Positions 1-8,662 of a stretch of DNA of 38,584 nucleotides are shown piece by piece (the first letter of the stretch is position 1; each line of letters starts with the position of its first letter). This DNA is from Anaerolineae bacterium. GTDB lineage: Bacteria > Chloroflexota > Anaerolineae > B4-G1 > SLSP01. A program made the position numbers and the translations under genes. Under the pieces are notes generated by a model, which saw only the letters and a list, made by a program, of their open reading frames with translations, did not search any database and had not been told where the DNA came from. The stretch covers positions 1-38,584 of the forward strand of contig JAGPHL010000001.1 of NCBI GenBank assembly GCA_018055515.1, written 5' to 3'.

Positions 1-852
1 CATCACCTCATAGGCATGGAAGGTCTCGGAGAGCAAATGCACCGTCCGGTCCAACAGCTCCCGCAGGTCAGTCGCCAGAGCAATGACGGCGTCGAGTTCC
101 TCCAACATCATCAAATTGCGGGAGAAGTATTCCGCCTCAGCGGTGCGCTCGCGCGCCTGCAATTCCAGCGCCGCCAGGTGACGCTGGAAAGCACTCATGG
201 CCTTTTCAAATTCTGCTCGCGTTGCCGAGAGATGGCCCAAAACGTCTCCCAACAGCGGCATACACATGCCCAACAGCAGCACTACGAACAGGGGAATAGC
301 ACGCCGGACCTCGGCAGCTGCTTCCCCGGGCGGCACATAAACGCCGGCCTCTTCCAAGGCGAAAATCCCCGCCCCCAACAGGATGGCCCCCAGAAACAGG
401 CCGTACGTCACCGTGCGGGAAAGGAAACTCACAGCAATCACCATCGGCCACACGAAAAATACCCACAGGCTGGAGCGCGACCCCCCTCCTGTGAGGATCG
501 CCAGCGCCACCAACACGAAGACGAAGGGCACATAAGCCGCAGCGACAGGACGATAAGTGCCCCGCCTGTTGAAGAACAGCCCCAGACCATGCCCCACCAG
601 GCTCACACCGCCCAAAACAAGCAGCGGCGACGTCAAAGCGTGCATCCCCGCGAAGCACGCCGGCACCACGATCGAGGCAATGCCGCCCATCAGCAACGCA
701 AGGTTGAGGAGCGTCGCCATGCGCACTTCATCGCCGTTGGCGTCCCAAACACGGAGCCACCGCGCCAGCGCGGGTTGGGGATCCGTCTTCTTCCGCCGGG
801 GGAGCTGCACTTCCCGATCTGAGGGTTCCATCGTCACGCCATCCGTCGCCAT
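1..852 (-). CDS. Polytopic-membrane GAF-array sensor, N-terminal part only (gene runs off the left edge)
   Basis: It is absent from the ORF track because no stop lies in the window. The minus-strand ATG at 852-850 has SD GAAGGAG 6 nt upstream and sits 3 nt after the stop of the preceding gene. It opens a frame that stays open to nt 1: MATDGVTMEPSDREVQLPRRKK... The product has five hydrophobic helices (LLNLALLMGGIASIVVPACFAG, YVPFVFVLVALAILTGG, LWVFFVWPMVIAVSFL, YGLFLGAILLGAGIFAL, IPLFVVLLLGMCMPLLG). These are followed by a coiled coil (LAALELQARERTAEAEYF) and a GAF-type first helix (LDAVIALATDLRELLDRTVHLLSETF). The plan matches the genes at 4916 and 10954. Confidence 0.8.
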   Translation of the reverse strand, partial: MATDGVTMEPSDREVQLPRRKKTDPQPALARWLRVWDANGDEVRMATLLNLALLMGGIASIVVPACFAGMHALTSPLLVLGGVSLVGHGLGLFFNRRGTYRPVAAAYVPFVFVLVALAILTGGGSRSSLWVFFVWPMVIAVSFLSRTVTYGLFLGAILLGAGIFALEEAGVYVPPGEAAAEVRRAIPLFVVLLLGMCMPLLGDVLGHLSATRAEFEKAMSAFQRHLAALELQARERTAEAEYFSRNLMMLEELDAVIALATDLRELLDRTVHLLSETFHAYEVM

Positions 853-855
853 GGC

Positions 856-3800
856 CTACTCCTTCACTTCCAGTTCCACGGCCGCCCGACGCACGCCGAG
901 CGCCAGGCTGAGCTCGCGCAAGGCCCGTTCCAACAGCGATTCTACTTCCATTTCAGCGCGCACCCGTCCAGAGATGGCGCCAGCCAGCTGCTCGCGCGCC
1001 GCCCGCGCCCGAGTGTCTTCCAACAAGCGGGCCACCTCGAGCGCCTGCCCCAACCGTGAACCGATTTCTTCGAGGAGGGGGATCGCATCCGCAGCCAGCT
1101 GCTCCCCCCGCGAGCGAATGTTGAGCACGCCAATGACCTGCTCGCGCACACGGATGGGAAGGGCCAGGGTCGTGACCTCTCCCTCAGTTTCCATGCCGGC
1201 GGGAGATGGCTGCCGGTACACTACGGCGCGCCCCTCGCGCCAGGCCTGTTGCGCTTCGGGAGTGCGCTCGGTCGTCATTTCCAGGTCCACGCCGTCGTAG
1301 CGATACGCCCGCAGGCGCCGGGTGCGAGTGAGGTACTCGCGCCAGGAGTCCACCGTGTACGTTCCAATGGCCGCCTCGAGCTGGCGCACATTGCGGTCCG
1401 CTTCCGCCAGCAAGCGCGCGATCTCCAGCGCATTGGCCAGCTGGTCGGCCAGCGTCTGCAACATCGCCACGTCATCCGAACTAAAGCCCTCGGCAGCAAG
1501 GGTATGGATACATAACGCACCCAGCGTCTTTTCACCACGCACGAGGGGGAGGGCAACCTCGGTCACATGCCCATTCCCCTCCGCCGCCGTCAGCAAAGGA
1601 AGACTGACCTCCTCCGACAGCTGCGCCTCGCGCAAGGCCACGCTGCGCGCGGCCGGGCTCTCCCCCCCCAACAGCAATCGCAAGCCGGCCTGCAGATGCT
1701 CCATCGCGCGCTCGCCCACGGCCGCACGCAACAGCAACCAGTGGTGGGACTGTGGGTCATCCTCCGCGCCGGCTTCCTCTTGCAAAAAGAGCGCCACCCC
1801 CGGATAGCCCAGGCGCTCAGAAATTAAGGCAACGGCCTGCGTCAGCAGCTGCGAAACATCCAAAATCGCCGAGAGAGTACGGGAAATCAACGCCGCTTCC
1901 CGCAATTGCACGGCGCGCCGCTGCGCCTCATCCTCCATAGTCTTCAAGCGGGTCACGTTATAGGAGATGCCCACCAGGCCCATGATCTTGCCAGAAGCGT
2001 CGCGCATCGGGATCTTGGTCGCCAGGAACCAACGCGACTGCCCTTCGCGGTTATACATGTGCTCGAGCCGTTGTACGACCGCGACCCCGTCGCGCACGAC
2101 CCGCAGATCGTCTTCCCAGGCCGCCTGCGCACTCGGTCCCACAAAGAAGTCCAGGTCGGTCTTTCCGACAGCCGCTTCTGGATCCTCCACACCCAACGCC
2201 ATAGCCTGGGCCGGGTTGACGCGGGTAAAGCGCAGCTCGCTATCTTTGAAATACACCGAATCGGGGATGTTGTTGAGCAAAGTGCTCTGCTCTACCTCTT
2301 TGCGGGAAATCGTCTCCAGACGCACGCGGTTCTCCAAAGAGACCGCCGCCTGTCCGGCCAGGTTCAGCAGGACCCGCGTTTCCGAGGTGGAAAACTCGCG
2401 CGCCTTGCGATAAGCGGCCACCAACAGGCCCGTCCACTCGCCGCCAACAACCAACGGCACAAGCGCTAACGCTCCAGCCTTGAACCGCTCGCGGAAGAGC
2501 CGCCGCGTGCTGGTGCTCAGCTGGACATCCGCCGCCAGGTTGGGAATCCACAACGGAGCCTCCGGCCGCACCCTCTGGGCAGCATCCGCCAACGCCAGCA
2601 GGTAATGCGCGTCGAAAGCTTCAGGCGGCACTTCATTCGTCCAGCGCGCCAGCGGTGAGAAAGCCGACGGTGGCGCATCCGGCTGCCAGGGCCGGTCGAA
2701 GCGCTCCAGGCTCACGAAGGCGTCCGCATCCCCCAACGACGTGTAACGGCGCAGTACCTCCAGAATGGCCGCATAATCTGGACTGGCGCTGAGCTCGGCC
2801 GTCGCGCGATACAGCAGGTTCACCTCCTCGGCGTTGCGTTGACTCGCCTCGAACAGGCGGGCGTTCTCCAAAGCCACCGCCAGCTGATCGGCGATGATCA
2901 TCATCAAGGTCACGTCTTCCTCGGAGAAAGCCGCCTCGCGGGAGGACTGCACCGTCAATGCGCCGATGACTTGAGCGCCGCGACGCAGGGGGATGGCCAT
3001 TTCGGAGTGTGTGTCGGGCAACAGCGGGTTATCGAAACGTACCGCTTCGGCGCCAACATCGAGTGCGATGCGAGGACGGCCCTCGGCCACACAAACCCCG
3101 ATCATGGAAGTGCCGCCGACCTCCAGGCGATGGCCGGCCTCCAACATGCGGCGGCCCGCCTCACCGGTGCCCGCGCGCAACACCGCCCACCGTCCCTCTG
3201 CATCGGTGAGGAAAGCGCCCACGTAGTAATAATCGAAGCGCTCACGGATCAGTTCGACCGCGCGTTCGAGCAGTTCCTGCGGCTGCAGCAGCGAAGAAGT
3301 TGCCCGCGCCACCTCGGCCGCCGTCTGCAATTGAACCGCGCGCTGTTGCACTTCCTGGAAAAGGCGATTCGCCTCCAGCGCGTTGGCAACCTGCAGGGCA
3401 ATGGTCTGGAGCAGTTCCTGATCGGAGGGCGTGAAGAGATTCTCAAATTCATAGCTCTCGATCGCCATGACCCCCACGACTTTGTTGGCGGTGATGAGCG
3501 GCACGCCCAGCCACGAGAGCGCCTCGTCGCCTACCAGGCTCAGCCCCTGCGAGACCATGAAAGCGCGGTTTTCCTCCAGGTTGGCCAGATGCAGGGGAGT
3601 GCGATTGCGGATGATGTAGCCGGTCAGCCCCTGTTCCAGCTTGTGCTTGCGGGGCGCCTGCAATTGTCCGTGCGCCATCTGGAACGCCAGCGTCCACTCC
3701 TCACGCCCCTCTTCGTATGTAGCGATGAAGAAATCCTGGGTGTCGAAAAGCCGGCTGACCTGTTCATACGCCTCACGCAAAATGGCATCCAGGTCAGGCG

Positions 3801-4908
3801 CCTGCGCAAACGCCTGCTGCAGATCGGCGAGCACCGAGAGCTCTTTGATCCGCTTCTCCCGCTGCTCGAATAGCGTGGCATTCTCGATGGCCATGGCAAT
3901 CTGATCGGCCAGCATTTGCAACGCGGCGATGTCCTCCGTTGCAAACGCCGCCACGCGGTCGGATTGAATCGTCATGGCGCCGAAGATGTGCTGCTCGCGT
4001 CCGATGAGCGGCAAGGCCATCTCCGAATGGGTGTCGGGCAAGAAGGGATTGTCGAAGCGACGCGCTTCCTTGCCGACGTCCAACGCGATCCGCGCCTGTC
4101 CCTCCGCCACACACGCGCCGATCATCGAATGACCACCCACTTCCAGCCGGTGATGGGCCGCCAGCATCTGCGCCCCGGCCTCGCCCGACCCCGCGCGCAG
4201 CTCCGCCCATTTCCCGCTTCGATCCAGCAGGAACAGGCCCGCGTAGTACAGGCCGAACCGCTCCTGGATGGCGTCCACCACGCGCGGGAACATCTCCTCC
4301 AGCGAGAGGATCGAGCTGATGAGGCGCGTGACGTCTGCCCCCGCCGCCAACAGCTCCGCCTTGTGTTGCGCCTGCGCCAACAGCCGGGCGTTATGGATGG
4401 CCGCCGCGGCCTGTTCCGCCAGGGCCTCGATGAGGGCGATGTCCTCGGCCGTGAAATCGGGCTGCGACATGGTATTGACAGCGCTCAGGATTCCCAGGAC
4501 CTGCGCCTCGCGCACGATGGGCGCCACCAACAGCGAACCAATCCCCATCTCGGTGCGACGCCGCCGCACGTCCGGGGATTCACGCGGGTCGCCAATGACC
4601 ATGGCTTTGGCAGAAAATGCGATCTGGCGCTCCCGAATGGCCCAGCCGGCAAGCCCCTCGTTCAGCTCCGCGAAGCTGATGGGCACGATGGGCTCAGGGT
4701 CCGCGCCCGCCTTGGCCATGTGGGTGATGCGCTCAGCCTGCATGTCCACCGCAAAGAGCAACACCCGCTGCGCCCGCAACACTTCCGCCGCCCCATTGAC
4801 GATGGTTTGGAAGACTTCCTGGAGGTCGTGCTGGGCGATCACAGCGCGCGCGGCGCGATACAATACCTCTACATGGGCAGCCTGAGTTATCGCTTCGTCA
4901 CTCATCAT
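856..4908 (-). CDS. Soluble giant multi-GAF/PAS protein of the array (about 1350 aa), no output domain seen
   Basis: The ORF track gives 856..4974. I trimmed the start to ATG 4908 (MMSDEAIT) because TAAGGTGAAA (SD GGTGA) lies directly upstream and 4916-4918 is the upstream gene's stop. There is no TM segment. I count six to seven GAF-like blocks. Two are copies of the family GAF (RFGLYYAGLFLLD..LPDTHSEMALPL and RFDYYYVGAFLTD..LPDTHSEMAIPL). One clear block is of the SWLGVPL type. One PAS lies at nt ~1945-2280 (NNIPDSVYFKD..GLVGISYNVTRLK). The protein ends with the W-module (TVDSWREYL..LALPIRVREQVIGVLNIRS) and the family tail (EQLAGAISGRVRAEMEVESLLERALRELSLALGVRRAAVELEVKE). Confidence 0.9.
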   Translation of the reverse strand: MMSDEAITQAAHVEVLYRAARAVIAQHDLQEVFQTIVNGAAEVLRAQRVLLFAVDMQAERITHMAKAGADPEPIVPISFAELNEGLAGWAIRERQIAFSAKAMVIGDPRESPDVRRRRTEMGIGSLLVAPIVREAQVLGILSAVNTMSQPDFTAEDIALIEALAEQAAAAIHNARLLAQAQHKAELLAAGADVTRLISSILSLEEMFPRVVDAIQERFGLYYAGLFLLDRSGKWAELRAGSGEAGAQMLAAHHRLEVGGHSMIGACVAEGQARIALDVGKEARRFDNPFLPDTHSEMALPLIGREQHIFGAMTIQSDRVAAFATEDIAALQMLADQIAMAIENATLFEQREKRIKELSVLADLQQAFAQAPDLDAILREAYEQVSRLFDTQDFFIATYEEGREEWTLAFQMAHGQLQAPRKHKLEQGLTGYIIRNRTPLHLANLEENRAFMVSQGLSLVGDEALSWLGVPLITANKVVGVMAIESYEFENLFTPSDQELLQTIALQVANALEANRLFQEVQQRAVQLQTAAEVARATSSLLQPQELLERAVELIRERFDYYYVGAFLTDAEGRWAVLRAGTGEAGRRMLEAGHRLEVGGTSMIGVCVAEGRPRIALDVGAEAVRFDNPLLPDTHSEMAIPLRRGAQVIGALTVQSSREAAFSEEDVTLMMIIADQLAVALENARLFEASQRNAEEVNLLYRATAELSASPDYAAILEVLRRYTSLGDADAFVSLERFDRPWQPDAPPSAFSPLARWTNEVPPEAFDAHYLLALADAAQRVRPEAPLWIPNLAADVQLSTSTRRLFRERFKAGALALVPLVVGGEWTGLLVAAYRKAREFSTSETRVLLNLAGQAAVSLENRVRLETISRKEVEQSTLLNNIPDSVYFKDSELRFTRVNPAQAMALGVEDPEAAVGKTDLDFFVGPSAQAAWEDDLRVVRDGVAVVQRLEHMYNREGQSRWFLATKIPMRDASGKIMGLVGISYNVTRLKTMEDEAQRRAVQLREAALISRTLSAILDVSQLLTQAVALISERLGYPGVALFLQEEAGAEDDPQSHHWLLLRAAVGERAMEHLQAGLRLLLGGESPAARSVALREAQLSEEVSLPLLTAAEGNGHVTEVALPLVRGEKTLGALCIHTLAAEGFSSDDVAMLQTLADQLANALEIARLLAEADRNVRQLEAAIGTYTVDSWREYLTRTRRLRAYRYDGVDLEMTTERTPEAQQAWREGRAVVYRQPSPAGMETEGEVTTLALPIRVREQVIGVLNIRSRGEQLAADAIPLLEEIGSRLGQALEVARLLEDTRARAAREQLAGAISGRVRAEMEVESLLERALRELSLALGVRRAAVELEVKE

Positions 4909-4915
4909 TTTCACC

Positions 4916-6334
4916 TTATGCTGCGTCAGGCATCTCTTCAGCGCCAGTGGCAGGAGCGGTTGCGGGAGTCTCACCGGCGGCAGTCACCGGTTCAAGGAAG
5001 ACGGCCACCTCATCGAGATCCAAAATGCGCCCCAAATCCATGATGGCTTGCTGTAGCAACGCATCCACATCAAAGGAACGGCTGAAACGCCCGGAAAGGT
5101 CACCCAACACTTGCTGCCGCTGCGCCTGACGTTGGGTTTCCTCAACGAGGCGCAACGTCTCCAAAGTCTGACCTAGCTGATCCATGACCGACTCCACCAG
5201 CGCCAGGTCCTCCGCCGTCCAGGGGCTGCCATCGGTGCGCCGGGCGCTCAAGGCGCCGATGACCTCGTCGCGCACGGCGATGGGGACGGCAAGCTCGCCT
5301 CCCTCTACCACCGTACGTCGGCCCTGAGTCGCCTTCAGCATGGGCGGATTCCAGGCGGGAGATACTGCCTGGACCTCGCCGCCGCGGGCGTAGAAACCAC
5401 GACGCCCCGACCCAGACTCCAGGAACATCGTCCACGCTTCGCGAAGATAACGCTGCTGCACGGCGCGCAATTCATTCAGGGCAGTAATCAACGTCTCCAC
5501 CGTTCGGTTCAGCCGGCTGCCCAGCGCCAGCAATGCGGGATTCTCGATCCGCTTTGCCAGGTCCTCCATGTCCAGGCGCGCCTCGAAGTCGCCCTCTTCG
5601 ACGCGACTCAAAAAGGTGGTATACTCCTGGACGCTTGCCTGAAGCTGCTCCAGCGTCTCCTGGACCTGTTGGCGGGCCTCAACCTCGGCCTGAGCGGCGG
5701 TCTCGGCGCGTTCCAGGGCCTCAGAGAGCTCCTCACCGCGCCGATAGGCCGAGGCCAAGCTATCCTCGATGAGCCGGACAAAAACGGTCAGCAAGGCCAC
5801 CATACTCCCCAAAGAAAGGAGCATGATGCCGAGCGTCAACACCCGTTCGGCGGATGCAGACAGTGAGTAAGGAATCGCAATGCCACGCCCCTGCAACACC
5901 AGCCACACGGCCATTAGCACTACCACGCCCAGGGTCGAACCCAACGCCGCCCCGGGACCGCTTATCAATGCACTAATGACGATGAGAGGCGCAAAAGCCA
6001 GGGTAATAGGGCCCAGAGGGCCGCCCATGTAGTAACAAAGCGTCAGGAGGGTCAGACCACCGCCAATAAGGTAGGCCCTGGCCCCCCACTCCGTAGCGCC
6101 CCGGCGCAGGAGTCCCTGCACCAGCAACAACACCGCCGCATACCCGGCCAGGGATAGCACCACCGGCAGCGTCGGGAAATCCAGCACCAGGCGCCGGGCC
6201 CAAACGGCAAGCAAGAGCCCCGCTCCTAGCGCGTAGAGGGTCACGCGCGTCACAGCCGCTAACGTCTGGGCCTTGCGCGCCGCCGTCTGTTCCACCACCG
6301 CCGGCAATTTCGTGGGAGCGCCGAGACGTATCAT
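4916..6334 (-). CDS. Minimal array member: polytopic membrane domain, coiled coil and C-terminal W-module/tail, no canonical GAF
   Basis: ATGA overlaps the upstream gene at 6331-6334. The product has 5-6 hydrophobic helices, for example LYALGAGLLLAVWA and VLTLGIMLLSLGSMVALLTVFV. A long coiled coil follows (AETAAQAEVEARQQVQETLEQLQ). Then come the W-module (QRYLREAWTMF..LAVPIAVRDEVIGALSARRTDGSPWTAEDLALVESVMDQLGQTLETLRLVEE) and the tail (QQVLGDLSGRFSRSFDVDALLQQAIMDLGRILDLDEVAVFLEP). Confidence 0.88.
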   Translation of the reverse strand: MIRLGAPTKLPAVVEQTAARKAQTLAAVTRVTLYALGAGLLLAVWARRLVLDFPTLPVVLSLAGYAAVLLLVQGLLRRGATEWGARAYLIGGGLTLLTLCYYMGGPLGPITLAFAPLIVISALISGPGAALGSTLGVVVLMAVWLVLQGRGIAIPYSLSASAERVLTLGIMLLSLGSMVALLTVFVRLIEDSLASAYRRGEELSEALERAETAAQAEVEARQQVQETLEQLQASVQEYTTFLSRVEEGDFEARLDMEDLAKRIENPALLALGSRLNRTVETLITALNELRAVQQRYLREAWTMFLESGSGRRGFYARGGEVQAVSPAWNPPMLKATQGRRTVVEGGELAVPIAVRDEVIGALSARRTDGSPWTAEDLALVESVMDQLGQTLETLRLVEETQRQAQRQQVLGDLSGRFSRSFDVDALLQQAIMDLGRILDLDEVAVFLEPVTAAGETPATAPATGAEEMPDAA

Positions 6335-8574
6335 GCCTCCTCCTCCAACGTGTCAGACCCCTGACCTAGTTGCGCTCGCAGCTCCGCCGCTCCAAGCGCT
6401 TGACTCATGTCGCTCACAGCACGCTGCAACGCCTGTTCCACCGACGCGGCAGCCCGAATGTTGTCCACGATCTGGCGCACCAGGCGTTCGCGTTCGCTCC
6501 GGCGCAGGGTCTCCTCGAAGAGCCGCGCGTTATCCAGGGCCAACGCCGCCTGGGTCGCCAGGGCCTGCACGAGCTCCAATTCCTCCGGCGTCCAGGGGCG
6601 ATCGGCCGGCCGTTCCAATTCCAGCGTCGCCAGCACCTGATCGCGCAAGGTGATTTCTGCAGCAATGCGCTGGCCTTCGGGAGACGCGGGAGCTGCTGCC
6701 GGAGCAAGGGACGTCACCACCCCCTGTCCCTCGTAATGATACGCGAGCGGCGTGCGTCGGCGGCGCTCCGCCCAGGCTCTGCGCGTCTCCTCCCCAAGGG
6801 CGCGTTCCATGCGGGCCAGCGCCTCCTGGCTCTCCCTGAACAGCCGGGCGTTGTCCAATGCCAGCGCCAGCTGCTCCGCCATCGTCTGCAACACCGTCAC
6901 GTCCTCTTGCGTGAACGCCTCCGGCTCCGTGGATTGCACATCCAGGACGCCGATGACCTCACCGCGCGCCCGAAGGGGGAGCCCCATCTCCGAGCGGGTC
7001 TCTGGCAGATCGGGGTTGTTGAACCACACCGCGTCAGCGCCCACATCCAGGGCGATGCGAGGATGACCGGTCGCCAGAACCGCGCCGACAATCCCCACGC
7101 CGGCCTGGAGACGATGACCGCGCGCTAACATGCGCTTTCCACCTTCAGACGAAGCGGCGCGCAATTCGGCGTAGGTGCCATCGGGGCTGGCCACGAAAAT
7201 TCCTGCATGGTAGAAGCCAAAATGCTCCGAAATCAAGTTCACCATGGAGTCAAGCAGCTGTTCCTCGTCGCGGATTGAAGCCACATCACGCGCGACCTCC
7301 GCCGCCGCTTGCAGCTGTTGCGTACGCTTCCTTAAGTCGCGGGTGCGTTCAGCGACGCGCTCCTCCAGGGAGGCCCGCGTTTCTAGCAGCTCGGTATTGC
7401 TCACCCGCAACGCCGCTTCGATGCGGCGACGCCGCGCTGCGCTAAGGGATTGGGCCACGATGGTGACCAGCAACACCAGCCCCACCGCCGATACAGGCCA
7501 GATGATCTCGCCGTATTCCTCCAGGAAAGTGAGAGGGCGGTTGATCACCTCGCTATTCACCGGCAGCGTGCCCATGTCAATGCCAAAACGTTGTAACTGC
7601 CGATAGTCGAACATGTAGCGATTGGGGCTTTCCCACGCAATGGGGACATCGGCCGCCGAGGCCCCCGCCAGAAGCTGCTGGACCTTGAACGCTGCCGCCT
7701 CCCCCTGCAGGAAAGCGCTCGTCAATTTTCCCCCCACCAAACCGCGCCCCAGATAGGAATCCCACAGGCCATAAATCGGCGCCTTGGTATTGGCGTAGAT
7801 CAAGTCAATGGCTTCCTCGTAGGTGTAGAAATGCTGAGCGCGGTCACGGTTGAACAAGACCAGGAAGACCAGGTCGTCTTCGGTCAAAGCGCGCAACGCC
7901 GCTTCCAGCTCGGGCACGTCGGGATTCTCGTAATACACGAAGCTGACGCGATTCGCATAGCTCGCCGCGATCTCGTGAAACAGGCGCGAATACGCCACGC
8001 CTGTCGTCGTGCCGTCGTTGATGACGAGGATCTCGCGCGTCTGCGGGCGCTGCGCCAACGCCACGTCAAGTGTGGCCTTGATGTCTACCGTCATCACCAC
8101 GCCGGTGAAATACGCCCGAAGCCCTCCCAGCATCGTGTCCTCGAAGAGATTGACGCCGCAGAACACCACCGGCACTTCGGGGAAGAGGCGTTCATGGTAC
8201 TCCACCATGAAGTTGAAGGCCTCGTCATCGGTCACGACGATGGCGTCGAGGGGAATGGCGGCATATTTCTGCCGATAGAGTTCGTACAGACGCTCGAAAT
8301 ACGCGGCATCGGGAACGACGCGCTTGGCGTCCATGTATTCCAGGTATAACTCGACCGGCTGAGTCTCCGTATCCAGCACCGACTTGATTCCCTGTACCAG
8401 ATGATCGGTCCAGCTCAATCCCTGGTGATAGGAATTCAACACCAGGACGTTCTTGCGCGGCGCCTCCGTCGCCGTCTGTGCGGCGACGGGCCGATCTGGC
8501 CGAAGCCAGCCCACGCTCAACAAGCACAGCGCCAACAGCACCGCTCGAACCCGGAAACGAGGCTTATCTGCCAT
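6331..8574 (-). CDS. Array sensor: periplasmic-binding-protein-like domain, TM, signalling helix, GAF (FYH subtype), W-module, tail
   Basis: SD AGGAGA lies 7 nt upstream of ATG 8574. The product has an N-terminal signal anchor (AVLLALCLLSVGWL). The PBP-like extracytoplasmic sensor is marked by KNVLVLNSYHQGLSWTD. The TM is IIWPVSAVGLVLLVTIVAQSL and the signalling helix is LEERVAERTRDLRKRTQQL. The GAF reads HFGFYHAGIFV..LRAASSEGGKRML..WFNNPDLPETRSEMGLPL. The W-module is TRRAWAER..WTPEELELVQALATQAALALDNARLF and the tail is ERLVRQIVDNIRAAASVEQALQRAVSDMSQALGAAELRAQL. Confidence 0.9.
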   Translation of the reverse strand: MADKPRFRVRAVLLALCLLSVGWLRPDRPVAAQTATEAPRKNVLVLNSYHQGLSWTDHLVQGIKSVLDTETQPVELYLEYMDAKRVVPDAAYFERLYELYRQKYAAIPLDAIVVTDDEAFNFMVEYHERLFPEVPVVFCGVNLFEDTMLGGLRAYFTGVVMTVDIKATLDVALAQRPQTREILVINDGTTTGVAYSRLFHEIAASYANRVSFVYYENPDVPELEAALRALTEDDLVFLVLFNRDRAQHFYTYEEAIDLIYANTKAPIYGLWDSYLGRGLVGGKLTSAFLQGEAAAFKVQQLLAGASAADVPIAWESPNRYMFDYRQLQRFGIDMGTLPVNSEVINRPLTFLEEYGEIIWPVSAVGLVLLVTIVAQSLSAARRRRIEAALRVSNTELLETRASLEERVAERTRDLRKRTQQLQAAAEVARDVASIRDEEQLLDSMVNLISEHFGFYHAGIFVASPDGTYAELRAASSEGGKRMLARGHRLQAGVGIVGAVLATGHPRIALDVGADAVWFNNPDLPETRSEMGLPLRARGEVIGVLDVQSTEPEAFTQEDVTVLQTMAEQLALALDNARLFRESQEALARMERALGEETRRAWAERRRRTPLAYHYEGQGVVTSLAPAAAPASPEGQRIAAEITLRDQVLATLELERPADRPWTPEELELVQALATQAALALDNARLFEETLRRSERERLVRQIVDNIRAAASVEQALQRAVSDMSQALGAAELRAQLGQGSDTLEEEA

Positions 8575-8662
8575 AGACGCTCTCCTGAATAGACGGCATC
8601 GGAAATTGGCCAGCGCTGTCGTGACGTTCTCTGCGACTCTCAGCCCCCGCTGCCATCCGCGC

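Noticed and set aside
16-822. Plus-strand 268-aa ORF (and the minus-strand ORF 206..658) at the left edge.
   Set aside because: Both have aberrant composition (runs of Q/H/R, or R/G/C). A third frame on the minus strand (852 down to 1) gives a clean polytopic membrane protein with an SD, and it joins the array with a 3-nt gap. I call that frame instead.
4909-4974. N-terminal extensions in the ORF track: 4974, 10957, 28160, 31560, 31888, 35149, 36114 and 38134.
   Set aside because: Each extension overlaps the upstream gene or a spacer repeat, and several use TTG or GTG. An internal ATG with a well-spaced SD gives the N-terminus typical of the family, for example MLHEITLNINGEP, MRPFDYYRPE and MGAKILYVEDN.
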